From contig OZ038378.1 in NCBI GenBank assembly GCA_964036045.1, positions 158,038,001 to 158,102,000 of the forward strand: a stretch of 64,000 nucleotides of DNA, in the 5' to 3' direction. The stretch's first letter is position 1, and the number at the start of each line of letters is the position of its first letter. The notes beneath the pieces were generated by a model, which worked only from the letters and a program-made list of their open reading frames with translations, ran no database searches and had not been told where the DNA came from. The DNA is from Eutreptiella sp. 'Long Island Sound 2002'. Its lineage: Eukaryota > Protista > Euglenida. Below, piece after piece: positions 25,222 through 37,722 of the stretch. Made by a program: the position numbers and the translations under genes.

Positions 25222-28159
25222 GTGGCTTTCAACACGACACACCGCCGGAGCGAGGCGGCCCGGATGCCCACCAAGGGCCGTGGGCCCCGGTCCGCGAACT
25301 GTGGCACGCCAAACAACGCCAACACCATATCCCCCACCCCAACAACTCAGAAGACCAGGATACATGCACTACAAACACTCACCGACCGTCTCCACAACAT
25401 CCGACGGCGCCTCAACGAATGGCACACCCACCGAGCCCAACAAGTGGCACAGGAACAAGCGCGATACGCCCAACAAAACCCACCATATAAATCCCTCCAA
25501 CACGTGGAGCGTACCCTACAGGATGTAGGCCACCGCACCATAGGGGCGGTCCGCCTTACCGACGGGACACTCACCAACGACCCAGCAATCATTCTCATCG
25601 AAGTACACCACGATTTCCAGAACCAACACAATGCACACGTGGAAACCCTCTCGGAACACACCACTAACCTCATCTCCCATCTGCCCACACTCTTCAACCG
25701 ACACCAGCGGAGGGCCATACACAACACACCGTTTACACTCCCGGAGCTGGACCGGGCGCTTCGAAAACTATCCGCCGGCAAAACCCCGGGTGTCGACCGC
25801 CTCCCGGCGGAGGCATGCCCCCGCCTACCACTACCACTTAGACGCCACCTCAAGGCCCGACTCTGGGACATCGCCATAGGACGCACACCCATCCCCCCAG
25901 AATGGGCCAACCTGGTGCACCCCCTCTACAAAAAAGGGGATGGGGCCAACCCCAACAACTGGCGGCCGATCGTCTGTGCCACGACAGAAGCGAAACTCAT
26001 GTGGATGCTCATTCGCAACAGAATAGCAACCACCGTATACGAAGCCCCCCCCCCCCCCCCAGTATGTGGGGCGCCATCCCCGGCCGCTCCCCACTAGAGG
26101 CCATCTTCATGCAAGACGCCGCCGCCGACGTGGACCCCATAGACCTCATCATCACATCTTTGGACGTCAAAGGGGCATTCCCCAACACCCCACACCTCTT
26201 ACTGGAGGCCATATGGAAGAAGATGGGTCTCCCATTTAAGGGATTCCTTACACAATACCTCGCCACCCGACCGTACGCCGTCAAAGCAGCGGTGGGCACC
26301 ACAACATGGACCCACCCCCGCAGTGGAGTACCACAGGGAGGTGCCGAAGGACCGTTCCTGTTCCGACTGGTCACCCTTCCTCTCACGTTCTACCTGAGAC
26401 GCACCTCCCGGACTACGCCCCATACCCCTTGAGAACCACCCTCCTCGCCTTCGCGGACGACATGTCCCTAAACACCACCACTACCGCAAACGACACACAC
26501 CCCACCACCAACACACAATGGGTAGAGGCAATACTACATACCACCACACAATATCTAGAGGAAAACGGCCTCCTGGTACACGACACAAAATCAGCCACCC
26601 TTACCACGGGGAACCTCCCTCCCCCATCCCTACGCCCATCAGGGCCACCACTCCAACCGGCGGCTACGCTCACCTACCTGGGAGCACAACAGGCAGCCCG
26701 CCCTGACCAAGTCACCCTTCCACCCAAGCTCCAACACCAACTGGCGAAAGTGGTCATACTGGCGCGTATCCTCACTCTCTCCACCCAGGCCCTCGCATAT
26801 TTCCTCCAAGCAGTGCTCAACGCGGCCATAGGATTCCAGCCCCTACACCTGACCCAACCCCAACACATGCTACAAGAGGCATCCAACACCGTCTGTCGGG
26901 TGTGGACCATACATAGCCACATGCCCACATCATTCCCCGGGCTGGTCCGCCGAGCCATGGCACCGTACTACGGAGACAATACAGACCACCTCGTAGAAGA
27001 AGCATACACAGCCCACACAGCGGCGCACCTACACCGCTTTGCGCACAACCACCAACCGGAGGTACGGGAAACCCTCACGATCCTCCTGCGGGACACTCAA
27101 CGCAGCCGCAACACTTGCCCCCAGTACGTCCTGCAACAAGAAGGAATGCCCACGTCAATATGCACTCGCTTCTGGAACCACTTCCAACTCCTGCTACCGG
27201 ACCACAATCATGCGATCCTCACCAATCACGGATGTCGGGAATCGGGGACCATAGCCATCCTGAACACAGACGTCGGAGGGGGCCCCTGCGGAGAATCCAC
27301 CATCCTCACAATGGTGGGGGTCAACATCCACACCGTCAGGGTCTCACAAGCACAAATGAACGCCGTGCAACAAGCGGGCACACAACACGTGCCATTCCTG
27401 CAACACCCAGAGTGGCCACACAAAGCGGTCCTGGAGGCACACCTCAGACAAGCAGCCAGAGCCGCAGACCGACCCCAACCCACCACGGAACTCATCGCCC
27501 ATGCCTTCAAACTCTTCAGTGCGACTCACCCACACCCCGTCCCAATCTCCCCGCCACGCCACAACACAGCCATCCACCACCCCCCTCAACCGGTCCAGTA
27601 CGTCCCGGGCCCCACGGTCCTGGGGGCACTCCTCCTTGCACCCAATGGCCTCAAAGTCACCAATCAGCGGACGCGCATCCACAACATCCCATGGCTCACG
27701 CCGCCCCCCACGGCCAAACCTTTCATCCCACCCGATCTACCCACTGACCCGCACACAGGCATCCCCACCAGGTGCTGGAAGTGCGGGCCCCACGCCCCCG
27801 CCACCCCATGGCCCATTCTCCAGTTGATAGCCCACCAACAAGCATCCCCCACTGCCCACGCCACGACGGACCAATACCCCTGGCTGTACACCCTGTTCGA
27901 CCGAGCGAACCCACAGGACACAACGACCATCACCTGGGACCCTAAAGCCCCAACAAGTTGGTACGTACATCAAGGGACCCACCCCACACACAACCCGGCT
28001 TTCACCTTCCCAGTGACATCCAATCACCGGAACCCGGCACAAGAGGCACCAGCAACCCCGACATCCCACAAATGCTCAAGAGACACATCCCCCCAGCAAA
28101 CACTGGAACTCGCCACCAGAGAGACCCTGTGCAGCCTCACAATCATGATGGTCTGTTGA
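25222..28159 (+). CDS. Non-LTR reverse transcriptase of the LINE, frameshifted near 26050 and 26410
   Basis: KTPGVDRLPAE, PLYKKGD..NWRPI, LDVKGAFPN, GVPQGGAEGPFLF, LAFADDM and YLG motifs. Confidence 0.92.
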
Positions 28160-28270
28160 GTTTGTGCAGTGCAAGCGTCTGTGATCGCCTAGCTCCCCCC
28201 AGCACAACTTCTGCTCTTTCAATACATATACAACCACCTCTCACAAGGGTACGAGCAGGACACCCAACTC

Positions 28271-29074
28271 TTGCGCCTCAACCCGCAAGCACAAAACATC
28301 GTCAAAAATGGATGGGGGGTGTACGCCGCCCCCCCACCTCAAAACAACGCGCCCTGTCATCGTCGCCAATACGCATACCACGCATACCACCGCACGTCCC
28401 CGAGCAGATTACCCTGGCCCACGGAAGACAACCGCATCATCTTCGCCGACGCCTCTGGTACGTCCAGCCTCACCCCGGCAGCAGGGGGAAGCGCCCTGGA
28501 ACTCACGGCACAGCCAGACGACACGCTACGCCAAAATCACCTTACGAGTACGGCCTCCTCCCATGGGGCATTGAAGACATTAGCCACCAAACTCGACACC
28601 TTAGTACACCAACAACCCGTACTAGGATGCGCCCAAGTGCAGGTTTGGATAATAGTGGATGCCGCGGTCGACTTCCAAATCATACACCGACTCGCGACAC
28701 AACCCTTGCACAAGGCGGTAGACACCGGCCTCGGCACCCAAGCCCTCTACCTATGGACCGCCATCCACGCCCTGCCGCCCCACGTTGTTGTGCACCTCGT
28801 CAAGCAAGAGTCCCACAGATACACCCTAGGGAACGGACACGTAGATCTGCACACACACAACCAACTGGCAGAACCCCCCCCCCCAAGTAGACCAAGTCCG
28901 GCTACGCGACCCTATGCACACCCACCTGCAGCACCTCCCCCCGGTACTTCAACCAGACGACCTGCCCACCTGGGTACCCGAAGGGGTCATGTACAACACC
29001 ACGGAAAACGCCTATTACTACCCCCAACCACTGCGCATGATGGCGTACATCCGGGGACGCGCACACGATACTGA
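28271..29074 (+). CDS. Divergent RNase H domain of the LINE
   Basis: IIFADASG, SSHGAL, WIIVDA and VKQESH..GNGHVD motifs. Confidence 0.7.
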   Translation: MRLNPQAQNIVKNGWGVYAAPPPQNNAPCHRRQYAYHAYHRTSPSRLPWPTEDNRIIFADASGTSSLTPAAGGSALELTAQPDDTLRQNHLTSTASSHGALKTLATKLDTLVHQQPVLGCAQVQVWIIVDAAVDFQIIHRLATQPLHKAVDTGLGTQALYLWTAIHALPPHVVVHLVKQESHRYTLGNGHVDLHTHNQLAEPPPPSRPSPATRPYAHPPAAPPPGTSTRRPAHLGTRRGHVQHHGKRLLLPPTTAHDGVHPGTRTRY

Positions 29075-29989
29075 GCTCATGGCAGCGCTCCAAAACAAAC
29101 TCGAAACGTCGCTACACTTCTCGGCCCTTGACCCAACAACACTACCCGTCCACCTACAAAAAAGGCGAGCGCAACTACTGCTGGAGCAGCCACCCCTTCT
29201 TGACTGCATCCGCCGGTGGTACACGAGAAGAGGCATACACATACCACTGAAGGTCACCATATGCCCATGTCATCAACGAGCAGTGGACAACTAGGACCAC
29301 TTTAAAAAATGTCCGCTGGCCCGGGACTCCCAAAATCTTGCAACCGGGGATCCACTACACACCATCACACAACACGCCAAGTGGACCCCAACCGACCCGG
29401 CGACCAACAAAATGCGTGCCCTTCTCCAGCAAACAAACATCCGAGAAGCCGTCCTCTGAGGAGCATTGCCCCTCCAAGTCTACCACGTGCTCCAAGCACC
29501 CCCAAGCCCAAAGCCACGGCAGCACTCCTACAACTCACAGCAATAAAAAGGGCGGATGAGCAATTACGTCACCGCATGCAACACTACACCCACCTCGCCC
29601 AAAATGCCACCCACGAGAACCAAACACACTACCAACAAATCATTTGCTACCAACGGGCGGAGCCGGAGGATTAACAAGCTCCAACCCAGCCACAACTTAC
29701 ACCCGTCCCCCGCCCCACCCCGAGTCCCGTACCCAATAAGAATGCCACCCACTGCAAGGCACCTACGACACCCAGCTTAGGACCGACGAGCCATCATCCT
29801 ATAAGGCCTCAACAGCACAATGGTGATCCCCACACTGAAGACATCCAACCTAGAGCAAATCCCATAGGCGTTACACAAGAGGGCCAACCCGACGCTGGAA
29901 TGGCACTCCGCACCCCCTCCCCCACCTTCAACCACCGAAACAACGCACACTGATCGCAACGACAACACCCTCGGGCCACCATGGCGGGC

Positions 29990-30830
29990 GTGGTTTTAAT
30001 CCCTACTCTATTGGAACATGTCCAGCGCACTGTGCAAGAGTTCTCTATGAAGGGATGTCCTCGACAATGGTGGGAAGGCCTCATGAAACACTCGCTCTTG
30101 CAGCCAATGGATTTATTCTTCCACTGTTGAGTTGGTGCTTCGCTGTGTGCTCTGGTCGTCATCCTTGCGCTTTGGCCTCCCACATACCCTGACCCCGCAT
30201 GTTATGAGTGTCATCAATGCACACTTGGGCACCCGCAGGGCCCACTACAGTGGGCCCACTTGAGGCCATATCATGTGCATGCATGTGCCGACATAATGCA
30301 TTGTTCGTGAATGAACGTTGTTTACCCATCAACCTATGTGTATTCGAAGCGACCTTTGCCTTGTGCTACCGCTTAATGGAACTTTCCCCATCTTGTTGAG
30401 TGCACGTGGACGGGTATTGCACATGTTTGACAACATCCTTCCATTTGTGGCTCGTGTTTTGCCATGGCAAGTGCTCCAAAAAATTTCTACAAGGCCAACT
30501 CAGCAATTGTGGCCTCACAATGCAGCTGTTCTTGCGAATGGGACGTAATTGACCGGAATCTGGGACCTGTTGGGCCCACAGGCGTGATTCTGATGCTTGA
30601 ATGCTGCCCAACCTTTTTTGAGGCATGGCGGTCCCCCACCATCGGTTTGGGTATCGGTTCGATGACTGGAGCTTTGTGCTTAATATTAGCTTCATGATAC
30701 GGTTGCTACGCCAAAAGGGTTACCCATCGGCATGGTGGCGTCCGGCGCTCTCAACGAAAGCGTCGGCGCTCGACATGAGCCACCTCTTGAGAGTGGCGAT
30801 GGTACTGAGTAACCCGTGAGGTGCACCAGC
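29990..30830 (+). pseudogene. Third, heavily decayed Penelope-like RT fragment
   Basis: GPTTVGPLEAISCACM (motif B-like), HMFDNIL (motif C, 30423-30437) and RQKGYPSAWWRP (thumb) lie in different frames. Confidence 0.6.
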
Positions 30831-32513
30831 GCCGGTGATTGAATGCGTATCACACCCAATGGTTTTTCCGTGACTAGGAGTGCAGTGTAACATACGAATA
30901 AATGCGGAGCCCACCCCTTGTGTTCGGAACACGCCTTGTCTCTATGTCTACACTTTGACTCCCTGTACCTTGCAGAAATTGTTTTCTTTTGTCTGTTTGG
31001 GACGTGTTCACCACCGTGTAACGAAAGAAACGAGACAACACAGATGGCTAGTCGAAGCAAGGAACGGAAAGGAAAAATTATTTTCTGCACCCACCAAGAA
31101 CAGTGCACTGAATGCTGCCCAACCTTTTACTGTAATCTTCCTAAATCGACCAGGGAACTTCAACTTTCGGTTTGGGCAACACAGGCAAAGAGGATGCAAT
31201 GGCCTTGCTAAAACGTCTTCCCTTCCACTTCCCTTGTCGTCCTGTGGTCATGGGTTTCGTCGCGTTGTTAGAGACAGTGTGGGCTTTTGAGGGGTCCATG
31301 GAGACAGGCATTCTCTTTAAAATCGAGTTCGCAGACGGCCACTAAGACAGCCACGGCTGCTCATAGGGATCTAAAAACGCCACCGCTCTTCTCCTACTTG
31401 GAGATGCGTCGATGTTGCGGGTGTTGGAGGTGGCTGATGCGACAATTGCAAGAGGTGCAGTGTTAGCCACGGGTGGTGCGAGATGTAGTACATGGGGATG
31501 GGCTGGGGTCATCACTTGGGAAGTGGACCCTCCAATTGACACATCATAGTCAAAGTACGACCCCTCGACCGGATGGAGAATTCGCCAAATTGAGGAGTTC
31601 AACTGCAGTATTGATTTCGTTGCAGATGATATGGACCCCCTAACCAATGGTGGGGGTCTCGGGTCCAAATTCTGGGTACCCCCCCCCCCTATGGGACCTA
31701 TGGGCACTACACCATAGAGCATGTGGTATAGTGGAGCATCGAAGGTCTTCACTCTTCGGGGATCGTGGGATACGTTAAGCATAGGTTGTCTAAGCAGTGT
31801 GGCAAGGGCTAGCCTGGTTGAAGGGCAATCCGGGTGCTAACTCAGACTGCCCCTGAAACATTCGTCAGCCGTGTGTGCACGGTGACGTCAAGGAAACATT
31901 TGGTGCAGGTCTGGTTTGCGCTGCAAGAGCGGCAAGGAAAAACTGTTATCGAAGTCGAACAGAGTGATTGATTCAACTGATTGAGTCCGGCATAGGGTCA
32001 GGACTATGCTGGTTATTTCAAAACCTGACGTCGTGGCCCTTTGGGCCCTTGCCAGTGAGTGTTTTGAGGCTGGCATGCGTCGGCTGAAAATTTTTCAAAA
32101 ATTCAACTTTTTTTGAAACCCTTTTGTCGCCCTTGGGATGGGTTTCGGTGGTCATTTGGTGACAGCACCTAGCATGACTGCAAGAACTAGCTGGTAGTGA
32201 AAGCCAGCCCCACGAGGAGTGGGAGGCTTATTCCGGGACCTAACACCCTTGGGAGAGTGCACTTAGCAATGAAGTGGAAAGGGAGACGTCGGGGAGAGTA
32301 CAGCTAGGAGTTTTGGATCACCAAGTGTTACCCATGAGTGTATTGGGGGCGCGGGTGTTTGGGGGGAGCTCACTAGTGCACGCTTTCAGTGGACACACCC
32401 ATCCTTTCCCCCTCGTTTACAGCCTTTGGTTCATGTGCTGCTGTGGCTTGGCTTACACATCCACCTCAACTTCCTCTTGCTGTGATTTTTGCATATGCTG
32501 GTGATATTGTGAT

Positions 32514-34949
32514 ATGTACCATTCAAAATTCGTGAGTTTGATCGCGTTATGTACTTTGTTGGTGCCTAGCAATGCCTCTCTGGACCCGCTAACCGGCACT
32601 ACGCCTCTCGAAGACTTCGGCAATTTCACGTGGGAGGGTAATGACTATGGAAAATGGTACAGGATAGAGCGCAAAAAGCCCCCAAGACCCAAGGCAATCG
32701 TCGCGGGTATGTGGATCGGACATGCGCGGACGTGGCAATATCCGGAGGAAACCAAATCTCGTGAAATGTGGCTTCGATATCCGTACATTGACCACTTCTT
32801 TTTGATGGGGCTCCAAAACAATTACAGGGACAATTGGAACTTCCAGCACGTGGTCCCATTGAACCGGACTGATGCGGATATAAAGCCTGGGCTGGACGTG
32901 TTGGATCCGCGAGCCGTGATATTTGAGGACAACCACAATCCTTCGCAATGGTTCTACGACCACAGGAAAGCCACCGAAGAGAAATGCCCCATCTGGCCCA
33001 AGGCATTGATGGAGCTTTGGAACAATTTTGCCTTGTGGTGGTGGTTGACGCGGTACTATGAGAAGGAGTACAACGTCAGATACGAAATCTTCCTTCGGCT
33101 GCGTCCCGACACCATGTTCTACCCCGGCATGGAGATGATTCTGCAGCAGGTGCCACTGCACCCGAATGCGGTTTGGCTGCAAGTCAACCGGTTTGGCATC
33201 ATCCCACGCTTCTCTGCCAAGCGCGTGTTTGAGATGCCGGGGAACGTGTTCGATGGCTCTTGCACGCAACTCCAATCGCTGCGATCCGCAGATGCGCGCA
33301 CGGCCCTGTGCAGACAGGCCTTCGGGCAGCCGCGGTATACCACGGAATGCACCATGTTCCTCACTCCGTACCACCTCGGGGTGTCGCTGTACAACCTGCC
33401 TCACTTTTGCGGGTTCAAGCAGTCCCGCGAGAAGTACACCCCCGAGAGCCGGAAGGATGCACTGACTCCCAAGCCATTCTGTGAGCCAGACAACTTCATG
33501 AAGCTGTTGCGGACCCCTTGCCCAACGCCACAATATATTGCAAGGGAGGACTGCCTGGCAAGCGCGTGGCACAACTCCCAGTCGGTGGAGGACCTGTTCA
33601 AGTTGGGCTACACTCTCCCGCGCGTTGTAGCAGACGTGGAAGGCTTCAGAGCCTTAGAGCAAAGCACTGTCGTTGTGCCCCGGGATTCTACCAACCGGGC
33701 TGACCCGGTGGCCCCGGCGAAGAAGCCTAAGACTCCTCAGACGGCCGCCACTGCGTCACCTCAACCCAAGCAGCACACAAGGACGCATCCTTCATCTCAC
33801 GATGCCTCAACTCGTCCCCGGGCATCCCAGGGTCCGCTTCCCGGCACTACGCCTCTCGAAGACTTCGGCAATTTCACGTGGGAGGGTAATGACTATGGAA
33901 AATGGTACAGGATAGAGCGCAAAAAGCCCCCAAGACCCAAGGCAATCGTCGCGGGTATGTGGATCGGACATGCGCGGACGTGGCAATATCCGGAGGAAAC
34001 CAAATCTCGTGAAATGTGGCTTCGATATCCGTACATTGACCACTTCTTTTTGATGGGGCTCCAAAACAATTACAGGGACAATTGGAACTTCCAGCACGTG
34101 GTCCCATTGAACCGGACTGATGCGGATATAAAGCCTGGGCTGGACGTGTTGGATCCGCGAGCCGTGATATTTGAGGACAACCACAATCCTTCGCAATGGT
34201 TCTACGACCACAGGAAAGCCACCGAAGAGAAATGCCCCATCTGGCCCAAGGCATTGATGGAGCTTTGGAACAATTTTGCCTTGTGGTGGTGGTTGACGCG
34301 GTACTATGAGAAGGAGTACAACGTCAGATACGAAATCTTCCTTCGGCTGCGTCCCGACACCATGTTCTACCCCGGCATGGAGATGATTCTGCAGCAGGTG
34401 CCACTGCACCCGAATGCGGTTTGGCTGCAAGTCAACCGGTTTGGCATCATCCCACGCTTCTCTGCCAAGCGCGTGTTTGAGATGCCGGGGAACGTGTTCG
34501 ATGGATCTTGCACGCAACTCCAATCGCTGCGATCCGCAGATGCGCGCACGGCCCTGTGCAGACAGGCCTTCGGGCAGCCGCGGTATACCACGGGAATGCA
34601 CCATGTTCCTCACTCCGTACCACCTTCGGGTGTCGCTGTACAACCTGCCTCACTTTTGCGGTTCAAGCAGTCCCGCGAGAAGTACACCCCCGAGAGCCGG
34701 AAGGATGCACTGACTCCCAAGCCATTCTGTGAGCCAGACAACTTCATGAAGCTGTTGCGGACCCCTTGCCCAACGCCACAATATATTGCAAGGGAGGACT
34801 GCCTGGCAAGCGCGTGGCACAACTCCCAGTCGGTGGAGGACCTGTTCAAGTTGGGCTACACTCTCCCGCGCGTTGTAGCAGACGTGGAAGGCTTCAGAGC
34901 CTTAGAGCAAAGCACTGTCGTTGTGCCCCGGGACTCCACAAGTCGATAG
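32514..34949 (+). CDS. Intronless 811-aa secreted or membrane-anchored protein with two near-identical domains of about 370 aa; possibly glycosyltransferase-like
   Basis: Hydrophobic N-terminus MYHSKFVSLIALCTLLVPSNAS. Direct duplication with a 1248-bp offset (32593 vs 33841). YEIFLRLRPDTMF resembles RxRxD motifs of uncharacterised glycosyltransferase-like families, so the function is inferred. Confidence 0.75.
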   Translation: MYHSKFVSLIALCTLLVPSNASLDPLTGTTPLEDFGNFTWEGNDYGKWYRIERKKPPRPKAIVAGMWIGHARTWQYPEETKSREMWLRYPYIDHFFLMGLQNNYRDNWNFQHVVPLNRTDADIKPGLDVLDPRAVIFEDNHNPSQWFYDHRKATEEKCPIWPKALMELWNNFALWWWLTRYYEKEYNVRYEIFLRLRPDTMFYPGMEMILQQVPLHPNAVWLQVNRFGIIPRFSAKRVFEMPGNVFDGSCTQLQSLRSADARTALCRQAFGQPRYTTECTMFLTPYHLGVSLYNLPHFCGFKQSREKYTPESRKDALTPKPFCEPDNFMKLLRTPCPTPQYIAREDCLASAWHNSQSVEDLFKLGYTLPRVVADVEGFRALEQSTVVVPRDSTNRADPVAPAKKPKTPQTAATASPQPKQHTRTHPSSHDASTRPRASQGPLPGTTPLEDFGNFTWEGNDYGKWYRIERKKPPRPKAIVAGMWIGHARTWQYPEETKSREMWLRYPYIDHFFLMGLQNNYRDNWNFQHVVPLNRTDADIKPGLDVLDPRAVIFEDNHNPSQWFYDHRKATEEKCPIWPKALMELWNNFALWWWLTRYYEKEYNVRYEIFLRLRPDTMFYPGMEMILQQVPLHPNAVWLQVNRFGIIPRFSAKRVFEMPGNVFDGSCTQLQSLRSADARTALCRQAFGQPRYTTGMHHVPHSVPPSGVAVQPASLLRFKQSREKYTPESRKDALTPKPFCEPDNFMKLLRTPCPTPQYIAREDCLASAWHNSQSVEDLFKLGYTLPRVVADVEGFRALEQSTVVVPRDSTSR

Positions 34950-35172
34950 CTCCCGCCCGATCAGTCGTCCCAGCAGGCACCGTGTGAGACAAACAAACCT
35001 CGGGCCGTTCAAATCCGCCACAGAGCGCCCCCCCCCCCCCCCTGCCCCCACGACGTCCCCCTCTACGCCCCCCTCCAGCTCCCCCAGGGGAAGTCGGATT
35101 TCAACGGGCGGGGTGGGGTTGGGGTCTAGCCAGAGGGCTGTGCGTGCGTGAGACAAGTGCGGCGACAACTGG

Positions 35173-37413
<2,241 letters not shown>

Positions 37414-37694
37414 CAATGCAGCAATGCAACGAAAGAGACTTTCTCAATAAGAATTCATGTACCTGTAGTGTCGTCAATGAATAGTGTCAAAGGAGTGTAT
37501 TGGAGTAAATGGAATGCAGGCATTGACTTCACTCAAGAGTTTCGGTCTCAAACATAAGAATGCATTGATTCAAGCAGTGACATCAGCGAGTCAACGTATG
37601 TATCACTGATACATTAGTCGGGTGAAGTCGTACTGACAAAACAGGGATTCTCCACAATACTAGTTGCAATCCTTTTCACAATCCTAATCCTTAT
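37414..37694 (-). repeat. 3' terminal repeat (pLTR-like), 281 bp
   Basis: Matches 43775-44055 with 4 substitutions counted by eye. Confidence 0.95.
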
Positions 37695-37722
37695 CACACA
37701 CACACACACAAAATCCCCTGCA

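Larger units (their letters stand above)
23120..29790 (+). mobile_element. Near full-length LINE with APE, RT, RNase H and Cys/His finger (domain order as in ingi/L1Tc/I-group)
   Basis: Domains occur in order across frameshifted ORFs (see sub-features), with strong C/A strand bias. CPC..DHFKKCP near 29260-29320. Confidence 0.9.
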
